Below, piece by piece: positions 1 through 7,450 of a stretch of 18,382 bases of DNA (positions are counted from its first letter, which is position 1; every line of letters begins with the position of its first letter). The DNA is taken from assembly GCA_020349685.1 (NCBI GenBank), contig CP070698.1:1346544-1364925 (forward strand), written 5' to 3'. The notes beneath the pieces were generated by a model that had not been told where the DNA came from, searched no databases, and saw nothing but the letters and a program-made list of their open reading frames with translations. Source of the stretch: a bacterium (lineage in GTDB: Bacteria > BMS3Abin14). Both the position numbers and the translations under genes were made by a program.

Positions 1-62
1 AAGGTTCATGGGGAAAGGATTACCAAAAAATGTGGAAAGCTGAAAGGGGAAAGTGAAACTGA

Positions 63-189
63 AGATCAGTCCTGGTCCTGGTAGCGGCTCTGGGATAAAT
101 CAGCATCCAGTTCTGGTGTCTAGTTCTAGTATAAACCTTGAAATCAATATCGCCTCCAGACACTAGAACCAGACACTAGAAACTGATCT
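63..189. repeat. Inverted pair of TCTRGT(G)-type 6/7-mer arrays downstream of yajQ
   Basis: 111-130 matches the reverse complement of 162-181 at 18/20 positions. Outer AGATCAGT (63-70) pairs with ACTGATCT (182-189). Confidence 0.8.
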
Positions 190-206
190 CGTCGAAGACG
201 AGGTCT

Positions 207-698
207 TCAGTCTTTCATATTCACGAACTGCAGCGGTATTTCCAGTTCCTTTTCCTTGAGCATGGTTATGACGGACTGAAGGTCATCGATCTTCTTGCCG
301 GTGACCCGGACCTGGTCGTCCTGTATCGCAGCCTGGACCTTGAGCCTTGTGTCCTTGACGAGCTTGACGATCTTTCGCGCCGTTTCCTTGTCGATCCCCT
401 GCCGGAAGGTTCCGCTGCACTTGAGGTTTCCCTGGCTCGTCGGTTCATGATCGTCAAAATGCAGTCCCTTGGGCTCAACCTTTCTCCGCACGAGGTGAGT
501 GATGATGATCTCCTTGATGGCTTTCAACTTCATTTCGTCAGCAGCCAGTATGTTGATCTTCCCCTCCTTCCGGTCCAGATCCAATTCCGAACGGGATTGG
601 CGCAGGTCGTACCTGGTGGCGATCTCCTTTTTCGCGTTGTTGACGGCGTTGTCCACCTCCTGCAAATCGATACGGTTGACGATGTCGAAGGACGGCAT
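207..698 (-). CDS. yajQ: YajQ family nucleotide/c-di-GMP-binding protein
   Basis: N-terminus [17 protein letters not shown] and C-terminus [26 protein letters not shown] match YajQ. Start moved to the ATG at 698, which has an AAGGAG SD. The extra 18 aa in the ORF track come largely from a heptamer repeat. Confidence 0.95.
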   Translation of the reverse strand: MPSFDIVNRIDLQEVDNAVNNAKKEIATRYDLRQSRSELDLDRKEGKINILAADEMKLKAIKEIIITHLVRRKVEPKGLHFDDHEPTSQGNLKCSGTFRQGIDKETARKIVKLVKDTRLKVQAAIQDDQVRVTGKKIDDLQSVITMLKEKELEIPLQFVNMKD

Positions 699-716
699 GG
701 GGGCTCCTTGTGGACT

Positions 717-751
717 GTTCCACGTTCTAAGTTCCAGGTTCCAGGTCATCA
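717..751. repeat. Heptamer array (GTTCCAG)n upstream of yajQ
   Basis: gttccac gttctaa gttccag gttccag gtcatca. Confidence 0.75.
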
Positions 752-855
752 CAGGTTCAGTCTAACTCCTGAAGCTGGTCCTGGTAAAAGCAATAGTTAA
801 GCGCTCCGCATTCTTTTACCGGGTTGGCAGGATTTTGCAAGGGGGAAAACCGTCC

Positions 856-1077
856 GACGCGGAGACGCGGCGAATAAAACCATTGCTTCCCATGGGGACA
901 TTCATCTTTCGCTGGTATTAGCAGACCAAATAATCCTGAAAGATCAAAACGGGAATAATGTAATACTCTTAATCCACTTAACTCGGGAGGAGGTGGTACG
1001 CTGGGCGAAAAAATCTCAAAATGGCCTGTTTTGAAAGACTATCTCTCCGCGTCACCGTGTCCCCGTGTCCTCGCGTC
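856..1077. repeat. Inverted octamer arrays around a 170-bp AT-richer spacer
   Basis: gacgcgga gacgcggc ga (856-873) versus tctccgcg tcaccgtg tccccgtg tcctcgcg tc (1044-1077). Confidence 0.7.
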
Positions 1078-1614
1078 CAATTTTCTCGGCATCCCCCTCC
1101 TCCACCCCACAACCACCACCGCCAGCCCGGCAGCAATGGCAATGAACATCCCAATTACCGGCGCGAGCAGCGCGTAAAGTCCCAATGCGAACATGGGAGC
1201 TGGAAGGAGGGCAAGGCGGGGCCAACGGTCTTCTGGCACTCCCAGGGTCTCCCTGCCCCGGGACCCGAGGAGCCAGGCCAGGATGACGGCGTCCACCAGG
1301 AGGAAGGGCCACAGCAGCACTCCCTCTGCCGGGACGAGCATGTGCCAGGCGTGCAGAGCCCAGTACAGGGGGACCAGCCACACGGCGGTAGCCCAGGCCC
1401 AGGGCGTCTGGCGCCAGAAACCGACTGCCAGAGCCAGGTTGACGCCCGTGTTGACGGTCAGGTCCACGCGCTCGAACCAGGACACCGGCTCGTCGGGGGG
1501 ATAGAGGGTCAGATAGAGGGCAATAACAATATTGAGGAGGACCTGCAGGAAAAACCAGATCGCGATAAGGCGGGTTTTTAACAGGGATGAAGGGGATGAA
1601 AGGGATGACGTCAT
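1039..1614 (-). CDS. Hypothetical multi-pass membrane protein (about 5-6 TM segments); start uncertain
   Basis: Several hydrophobic Trp/Leu-rich segments with GC-rich third codon positions. The ORF-track extension to 1764 runs through repeats, so the ATG at 1614 is preferred. Confidence 0.7.
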   Translation of the reverse strand: MTSSLSSPSSLLKTRLIAIWFFLQVLLNIVIALYLTLYPPDEPVSWFERVDLTVNTGVNLALAVGFWRQTPWAWATAVWLVPLYWALHAWHMLVPAEGVLLWPFLLVDAVILAWLLGSRGRETLGVPEDRWPRLALLPAPMFALGLYALLAPVIGMFIAIAAGLAVVVVGWRRGMPRKLDARTRGHGDAER

Positions 1615-1654
1615 ATTATTCAAAATCGCCTTTATCCTCTTTATCCCAGTAAAT
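1577..1654. repeat. Inverted nonamer arrays (GGGATGAAR / TTTATCCYN)
   Basis: tttaa cagggatga aggggatga aagggatga versus tttatcctc tttatccca gtaaat. Confidence 0.75.
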
Positions 1655-1689
1655 ATGGTCCTAAACACTTTTACGTGAAAAAGGGAAGA

Positions 1690-1718
1690 CTGGATTCCGG
1701 GTCTTCGCCCGGAATGAC
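1690..1718. repeat. dRS3/REP-like palindrome CTGGATTCCGGG-tcttcg-CCCGGAATGAC
   Basis: Perfect 8-bp stem ATTCCGGG/CCCGGAAT; resembles the ATTCCC-N8-GGGAAT class. Confidence 0.6.
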
Positions 1719-1786
1719 TATGATGATATCCAGTGAGGATTTCCCAGGGGTGATAACACTGCAACTAACGCCTTTTTAAGACAAGT

Positions 1787-2040
1787 TCTTATCGGCCGCC
1801 AAGAGTGTGCCAGATGCGAGGCTCGACTGACGAGGCAACCGGAGTCCCGCCTAAGGCGGGATGAGTATCGAGACGACACGGTCTTGATGAGCCGCTTTTA
1901 AACGAAACACTCTTATCGGCGTGGGAGAATGGGTAAGATGCAAGGCCCGAGGGAGCGTGGGACCGGAGACGTACGTAGTTGGGTACTTCGAGGATCACGC
2001 GCGACTGAGAACGCAGCAGATTGCCCGTTATCGCGCGCCG
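1787..2040 (+). repeat. Two tandem ERIC/RPE-like palindromic elements, 124-bp period
   Basis: TCTTATCGGC at 1787/1911, AGATGCRAGGC at 1812/1936 and ACCGGAG at 1838/1962 are all 124 bp apart. Copy 2 has a 20-bp terminal stem and a central GTAC..GTAC hairpin. Confidence 0.75.
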
Positions 2041-2067
2041 TCCCCCTAGTCTTTTCAAGGCCGCCCC

Positions 2068-2721
2068 CTAATCGATGCCGTCGCCGATGCGGCCGAACCT
2101 CGGCCATTTCCTCCCCTTATCCCACGACCAGTAGATCACCATCGCCTTCCCCTTCACGTCGGCCAGATCCACAAACCCCCAGAAGCGGCTGTCGTTGGAG
2201 TTGTCCCGGTTGTCTCCCATGACGAAGATCTTTCCCTCGGGGACGGTAACTGGCCCAAAGGTATCCCTTCCTGACAGGAAGGAGCCTTCCTCGGTAAAAA
2301 TAGCGTGGGGATCTTCAATGGCTTTCCCGTCAATGAAGACCTGCTTCTCCCGGACCTCTAGGGTCTCACCTCCCACGGCAATGCATCTCTTGATGAAATC
2401 AAGCTTTCTGTCCCTGGGGTATTTGAAAACGACCACATCGCCGCGCTCAGGCTGCCGCAAAGCCATTGCCTTTCCATCGCCAAAGGGCACACGGAACCCG
2501 TAAAGGAACTTGTTTACTAGAATATGGTCCCCCACCAGCAGTGTGGGCACCATGCTGGGGGACGGGATCTTGAAGGCCTGAATGACAAAGGTCCTGATAA
2601 AAAGGGCCAGGATAAGGGCCAGGATGATCGCCTCGGCATACTCCCTGACCTTGCTCTTGGTCGTGTCGAGGGTGTCAGCTGTGGCGCTTATTTTCTCGGT
2701 TTTCATCTGGTCGCTGGACAA
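2068..2721 (-). CDS. lepB: Signal peptidase I
   Basis: N-terminal TM, IPSPSMVPTL (catalytic Ser), DFIKR (catalytic Lys) and GDNRDNSNDSR. TTG start with AAGGAG SD; lies downstream of lepA. Confidence 0.97.
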   Translation of the reverse strand: MSSDQMKTEKISATADTLDTTKSKVREYAEAIILALILALFIRTFVIQAFKIPSPSMVPTLLVGDHILVNKFLYGFRVPFGDGKAMALRQPERGDVVVFKYPRDRKLDFIKRCIAVGGETLEVREKQVFIDGKAIEDPHAIFTEEGSFLSGRDTFGPVTVPEGKIFVMGDNRDNSNDSRFWGFVDLADVKGKAMVIYWSWDKGRKWPRFGRIGDGID

Positions 2722-2742
2722 AAGGGTGCTCCTTGAAGATCA

Positions 2743-3043
2743 GTGATTAGTGACTTGTGATTAGTGATTGGTTACTTCACTCCTCAGGCTGTAATTAGTG
2801 ACTGGTGATTGGTGATTGGTTACTTCATCCCTCAAGCTGTGATTAGTGACTGGTGATCAGTGATTGGTAATAACCGCTTAAACGCATGTGAGGATAACTG
2901 ATTTAACCGTAAAAGCCAAAGTTATAAAGATTTAAACAGGACTCAACTAATCACTAATTACTAATCACCAAACACTGCTTCTGGCCAATCACTACTCACT
3001 AATCACCGCTCCTCACCAATCACCAATTACTAATCACTAATCA
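2743..3043. repeat. Large inverted heptamer arrays (GTGATTR)n / (YAATCAC)n between lepA and lepB
   Basis: The left arm has 48-bp higher-order units starting at 2743, 2791 and 2839. The right arm (about 2946-3043) reads actaatc/accaatc/actaatt. An AT-rich spacer of about 75 bp lies between them. Confidence 0.92.
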
Positions 3044-3055
3044 CCCGAGGTTTTT

Positions 3056-4852
3056 TCATTCGACCTTTAGAATAGCCATGAACGCGTCCTGGGGGATCTC
3101 AACACGTCCGATGCTCTTCATCCTTTTCTTGCCTTCCTTCTGCTTTTCCAGAAGCTTGCGCTTCCTCGTGACATCCCCTCCGTAGCACTTTGCGAGAACG
3201 TTCTTTCTCATGGCCCGAACCGTTTCCCTGGCGATAATGCGGCTTCCGATGGCAGCCTGGATGACCACCTCGAACATCTGCCTCGGGATGAGCTCCTTCA
3301 TCTTCGCTGCGAGGTCCCGTCCCCTGTAATAGGCCTTCTCCTTGGGAACGATGACCGAAAGGGCGTCCACCGCCTCCCCGTTGACCCTCAGGTCCAGTTT
3401 GACCAGGTCACCGGGCCGATACCCCACCGGATCGTAATCCAGGGAAGCATATCCCCGGCTCAGGGACTTGAGCTTGTCGTAAAAATCAAAGATAACCTCC
3501 GCAAGGGGCAGATCGTACTCCAGCATGACCCGTCGGTCCTCGAGGTAGGTCAGACCCCTCTGAACCCCGCGTCGGTCGGTAAGGAGGGAGAGAAGACCCC
3601 CGAGGTACTGGTCGGGAACCATGATGGTGCCCCTGACGTAGGGCTCGCTGATCTCCTCTATGTCACCGGCGGGCGGCAGCTTGGCAGGATTGTGCACGTC
3701 GACCCGTTCACCGTTCTTTTTCAGGACCTGGTAGACAACCGTGGGTGCCGTTGTCACGAGATCCAGTTCGTGATGCCTTTCCAGCCGCTCCTGGACGACC
3801 TCCATGTGGAGCATGCCGAGAAAACCGCACCGGAAACCGAAACCCAGCGCCTCGGATGTCTCCGGTTCGAAGGTAAGGGCCGCATCGTTGAGGACGAGCT
3901 TTTCGAGGGCTTCCCTGAGCTGGGCGAAATCCTCGCTGGCGGCCGGGTAAAGACCGGTATAGACCATGGGCCGTATGGGCCGGAACCCGGGAAGAGGCGT
4001 CAGCGCAGGCCTTCCGGCTTCCGTCACCGTATCACCCACCTGTATCTTTTTCAGATCCTTGATACCCGGGACCAGATACCCCACGTCTCCCGCCTCGAGG
4101 GCTGTTTCGGGTACAGAGGCGGGCCGGAAGGTCCCGATCTCGCCGATGTCGTAAACCCCTCCCTTGATCATGAGCTTGATCCTGGAGCGGGTTTTCAGAA
4201 CACCCTCAAAAACCCTTACCAGGCTAACGACCCCAACATAATTGTCGTACCAGGAGTCCACGATGAGCGCGCGCAGAGGAGCCGAGCGGTCCCCTACCGG
4301 GGCAGGCACCCGCTGAACGATGGCTTCCAGAAGATCGGGTATCCCCTTGCCGGTCTTGGCGCTCACTTCCAGCACCTCGTCGGGGTCGATCCCGAGAACC
4401 GACACAAGTTCTTCCTTGACCCTCTCGGGATCGGCGTTGGGCAGATCGATCTTGTTGATGACCGGGATGATAACGAGGTCCTGCTCCACGGCCAGATAGG
4501 CGTTGGCGATAGTCTGGGCCTCCACTCCCTGAACGGCATCCACAACCAGCAGGGCCCCTTCACAGGCGGACAGGGACCGCGAGACCTCGTAGGAAAAATC
4601 CACGTGGCCAGGAGTATCGATGAGATTGAGGGCGTACTCGCGGCCGTCGGCCCCACGGTGATACAACCTGGCGGTCTGGGCCTTGATGGTGATCCCCCGT
4701 TCTCTCTCAATGTCCATGGAGTCGAGGACCTGCTCGGTCATCTCACGCTGGCTGACAGCCCCCGTCGCCTCCAGAAGGCGGTCCGCCAGGGTGGATTTCC
4801 CGTGGTCGATGTGGGCGATGATGGAAAAGTTGCGGATGTGGGTTTGATCCAT
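3056..4852 (-). CDS. lepA: Translation elongation factor 4 (LepA)
   Basis: [41 protein letters not shown] and C-terminal [25 protein letters not shown]. Confidence 0.99.
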   Translation of the reverse strand: MDQTHIRNFSIIAHIDHGKSTLADRLLEATGAVSQREMTEQVLDSMDIERERGITIKAQTARLYHRGADGREYALNLIDTPGHVDFSYEVSRSLSACEGALLVVDAVQGVEAQTIANAYLAVEQDLVIIPVINKIDLPNADPERVKEELVSVLGIDPDEVLEVSAKTGKGIPDLLEAIVQRVPAPVGDRSAPLRALIVDSWYDNYVGVVSLVRVFEGVLKTRSRIKLMIKGGVYDIGEIGTFRPASVPETALEAGDVGYLVPGIKDLKKIQVGDTVTEAGRPALTPLPGFRPIRPMVYTGLYPAASEDFAQLREALEKLVLNDAALTFEPETSEALGFGFRCGFLGMLHMEVVQERLERHHELDLVTTAPTVVYQVLKKNGERVDVHNPAKLPPAGDIEEISEPYVRGTIMVPDQYLGGLLSLLTDRRGVQRGLTYLEDRRVMLEYDLPLAEVIFDFYDKLKSLSRGYASLDYDPVGYRPGDLVKLDLRVNGEAVDALSVIVPKEKAYYRGRDLAAKMKELIPRQMFEVVIQAAIGSRIIARETVRAMRKNVLAKCYGGDVTRKRKLLEKQKEGKKRMKSIGRVEIPQDAFMAILKVE

Positions 4853-4862
4853 GAATAATTCC

Positions 4863-4932
4863 GAATCTCGGATCTCAAATCTCAGATCTCAAAAAAGTTC
4901 GTAATTCGTGACTCGTGATTCGTGACACGAGA
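4863..4932. repeat. Two adjacent heptamer arrays (RRATCTC)x4 and (YTCGTGA)x4-5 upstream of lepA
   Basis: gaatctc ggatctc aaatctc agatctc; then ttcgtaa ttcgtga ctcgtga ttcgtga cacgaga. Confidence 0.85.
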
Positions 4933-5010
4933 GATCGAATTACCATGTTCGTTAACAAAACGATCTTTCCTGTTACTATTCCTCTGGCTTTTCGATCTGT
5001 TCCTTTTCTT

Positions 5011-5045
5011 CTGCGTCCTGCGTGCTGTGTCCTGCGTCCTGGCTC
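5011..5045. repeat. Heptamer array (CTGCGTC)x5
   Basis: ctgcgtc ctgcgtg ctgtgtc ctgcgtc ctggctc. Confidence 0.8.
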
Positions 5046-5050
5046 CGCCG

Positions 5051-5233
5051 CTATGATTTATCCTGCTCATTTTCCTCAACCTGATTGTCCTCATCACGTT
5101 CAAGCGGCGGAGCTCCGAACATCCTGAACGGTCTGGCGGGATCCTTCAGGAACAGGGAAACGACGAGGTAGACGGCGAACAGGGCGAAAGCCAGTCCGAA
5201 GGGCGCTAGAATGTAAAACAGGGGGGTGGACAT
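5051..5233 (-). CDS. Small single-TM hypothetical protein (60 aa)
   Basis: ATG at 5233 preceded by AAAGGA. Hydrophobic helix LFYILAPFGLAFALFAVYLVVSLFL uses host-like C/G-ending codons and is followed by an acidic tail. Confidence 0.5.
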   Translation of the reverse strand: MSTPLFYILAPFGLAFALFAVYLVVSLFLKDPARPFRMFGAPPLERDEDNQVEENEQDKS

Positions 5234-5238
5234 GTCAA
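5210..5238 (-). promoter_or_regulatory. Putative sigma70 promoter facing lepA-lepB
   Basis: TTGACA (5238-5233), 17-nt spacer, TACATT (5215-5210). Confidence 0.45.
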
Positions 5239-5249
5239 GGAATCCTTTC

Positions 5250-5454
5250 GACTGAGAGACCAGGAGACTGAGAGACCAAGTGATTGAGTGAGATAGATGA
5301 CGCATTGCAAAACTCAGCTACTTTACCAGTTTTCATCACTTAGTCGCTTTGTTGCCTACTCGCCCCTTCGCTCAGTCACTATTTCGCTTTGCCGCATGCT
5401 CACTGAGTCGTATTCCTCTTTCGCTCCGTCGCTGAGTCGCTCTGTCGCTTCGTC
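5250..5454. repeat. Inverted octamer arrays (GACYRAGW) / (RCTnnGTC) downstream of lptD
   Basis: gactgaga gaccagga gactgaga gaccaagt gattgagt versus acttagtc..gctcagtc..actgagtc..gctccgtc gctgagtc gctctgtc gcttcgtc. Confidence 0.75.
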
Positions 5455-5462
5455 GAGTGTCC

Positions 5463-7388
5463 TCACAAACCCAGCTCCAGCTGCATGCTCCACCCCGTCC
5501 TGTCGGGGCTTCGGGACCTCTCCAGACCCACGGTCCAGCATCGTCCCGGTATCTCCACCGTAACGGTCTCATCAGAAACCGTGTCGGCATCCATATCGTA
5601 AAAGGTGCTGCCCGACAGACGAATGCCGGCCAGGGTGAAGTGAGTCTTGCCCGTCAGCATCTCCGGGAAACCTTCTGTTGATTCGCGTCCCACGACGACC
5701 CCGAATTCATCTGATTCGTACCCGACCTCGGCCTGCCAACCCATGAGAGAGTCCTTTTCCACGCTAAACGACGGCAGAACAAGTCCGAGGTCAGCATCCC
5801 GGTTCCTTGAGGCCTTCAGAAACATCCCGGAATAGGACAGGTGTGTCGCACCGTAACCAAGGGACAGGTCCAGTTCCCGATCCTGCCAGCTTCCCGCTGT
5901 GAATTCCCATCTGAAGCGGCTGGAGGTCACAAGGCTTCTCAACCGAGCATCAAAAACTCTTCTCTCCAGAGCAAGGTCCTTCGAATCCCGCAGGGATGTC
6001 CCTGCGAAGGCCGCGCCGTCGGCAGCCGCGGCGGTCAGCTGAAGCTCCAGCCTGTGTTTACCCCAGCCGCCGGATGATTCAGCCGCGATCTTTTCAGTCA
6101 GGCTGAATTGAAAAGCTTCATCATCTTCGAAATCTCCGCTGCCGGTACTGATGAAGCCCCGACCCTCTGCGTGACCTGACATTTTTCCCGGTCCGGGAAC
6201 CCTGAGGTCCAGGATGGGTGTTAAGAGCGTCCTTGTGGTGCCGTCTTCAAAGCGTGTCTCCTGAGCCTCGATCCCGGCCCTGAGCAGGCCGCCGCCGGCA
6301 GGACCGAGCCGGACGACGCCGGTGTCGCGCTCAAGGATGGTCCCGGGAATAGCGCTCCTTGAAAGAGTGCCATTGGTCAGCAAACTGGACCTCTGGAAGC
6401 CGTAACTTACCATGCCGTGGTCACCCTCCAGGGATCCATGCCGGTAAACAGCACCGGGGTTTCTGTCGTCAAAGCTGTGCCCGAAAACAGCACCCGTAGA
6501 GGGCTCACCCGTGTCGTACCAGCGGCCCCGGATCCACAGGTCGGGGGTCAGGGCCATGGAATGTTCCGCCCGGTAGTACCATCTCTCTGATCTGTCCCCG
6601 CTGATGGTAAATCCCTCTATCCGGCCCCCGCCCCCCCAATGGAGCCTGTAACGGGATTGAAGATCCAGTCCCAGGCTGTCGCGGCTGAAAGTCCGCGGGC
6701 TCACCGTGGCATCGGCATAAGGGCCCAGAGTGATGTAGAGGGGCCATTTTGACTCGAATCCGGTCTCATCCGAAAAGCTCAGTTCAGGGAAAAGCAAACC
6801 GGTCTGCCGCTGGGTTTTCACCGGGTAGAGAAGGTATGGCGTGTAAAACACCGGTACGCCGAATATCCTGAAGGCAGCGTGCCTCGCCTTGAGGTAACCT
6901 TCCTTCCGGACTTCTATCTCGGAGGCTGTAAAGGACCACTCAGGACAGTCTCCCGGGCAGCTGGTGAAGACCCCTTTCCTTATACTGTACTCCTCGGGGC
7001 CGATGCGGTTGATATCCTCACCACGGACCCGGAAGCCGTTGGGAACGATGATGATCTCTCCTCTGCTGATGCCACCGGTGAGATCCTTCAGGTCCAGTGC
7101 GAGGGCGTCCCCTGTGAAGGAACCTCCCCCTTCCTCCTCCATGACGACATGCCCCGTGAGCATAAGGGTATCCGAACCCGGATCGTATCTCAGGGTATCG
7201 GCCCGGACCGTCACCCCCTCGCCTCTTACCAGGACTTCCCCCCCGGCCAGGATGGTCCCGTCGGCCAGGTACTCCATGCTCGCAGCCGTCACGGAGATCT
7301 CCTGCCTCCCCTCCTGGGCCATCAGATCAGCAGGCCCGAGGACGGAGATAACCAGCAGGAGCGAAATGAGGGTATATGGGTATTTCAA
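5463..7388 (-). CDS. lptD: LPS-assembly outer membrane protein LptD (OstA) family
   Basis: Signal peptide, N-terminal beta-jellyroll-like region, FTSCPGDCPEWSFTA and GVPVFYTPYLLYP..RQTGLLFP motifs, and a beta-barrel-like C-terminus (CWTV..WSMQLELGL). Lies downstream of folC. Confidence 0.85.
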   Translation of the reverse strand: MKYPYTLISLLLVISVLGPADLMAQEGRQEISVTAASMEYLADGTILAGGEVLVRGEGVTVRADTLRYDPGSDTLMLTGHVVMEEEGGGSFTGDALALDLKDLTGGISRGEIIIVPNGFRVRGEDINRIGPEEYSIRKGVFTSCPGDCPEWSFTASEIEVRKEGYLKARHAAFRIFGVPVFYTPYLLYPVKTQRQTGLLFPELSFSDETGFESKWPLYITLGPYADATVSPRTFSRDSLGLDLQSRYRLHWGGGGRIEGFTISGDRSERWYYRAEHSMALTPDLWIRGRWYDTGEPSTGAVFGHSFDDRNPGAVYRHGSLEGDHGMVSYGFQRSSLLTNGTLSRSAIPGTILERDTGVVRLGPAGGGLLRAGIEAQETRFEDGTTRTLLTPILDLRVPGPGKMSGHAEGRGFISTGSGDFEDDEAFQFSLTEKIAAESSGGWGKHRLELQLTAAAADGAAFAGTSLRDSKDLALERRVFDARLRSLVTSSRFRWEFTAGSWQDRELDLSLGYGATHLSYSGMFLKASRNRDADLGLVLPSFSVEKDSLMGWQAEVGYESDEFGVVVGRESTEGFPEMLTGKTHFTLAGIRLSGSTFYDMDADTVSDETVTVEIPGRCWTVGLERSRSPDRTGWSMQLELGL

Positions 7389-7396
7389 AATTTACC

Positions 7397-7450
7397 AATC
7401 CGTGATTCGTGACTCGCCGTTAAATCAGCAATCGGTGATCAGCAACATCA
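7397..7450. repeat. Two short heptamer arrays filling the folC-lptD gap
   Basis: aatccgt gattcgt gactcgc; then aatcagc aatcggt gatcagc aacatca. Confidence 0.6.

Noticed and set aside
1-9. Possible minus-strand ATG at 9 starting a gene that runs off the window
   Set aside because: Only three codons are visible, so it cannot be supported.
699-752. N-terminal extension of the yajQ ORF ([12 protein letters not shown])
   Set aside because: It is a translation of the GTTCCAG array. The SD and family N-terminus point to the ATG at 698.
1789-2058. 89-aa minus-strand ORF and overlapping short ORFs
   Set aside because: They coincide with the palindromic 124-bp elements and show no protein-like features.
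2743-2870. 48-bp periodic units as a possible CRISPR array
   Set aside because: The linkers are near-identical rather than unique spacers, the repeats are internally heptameric, and no cas genes are present.
3692-4858. 388-aa plus-strand ORF (likewise 8707-9774, 13786-14724 and other + ORFs)
   Set aside because: Antisense shadows of well-conserved genes, expected with GC-rich codon usage.
4882-5590. Short ORFs 4882-5103, 4915-5127, 5297-5563, 5356-5541 and 5372-5590
   Set aside because: They are translations of repeat arrays or overlap lptD, with no coding signal.
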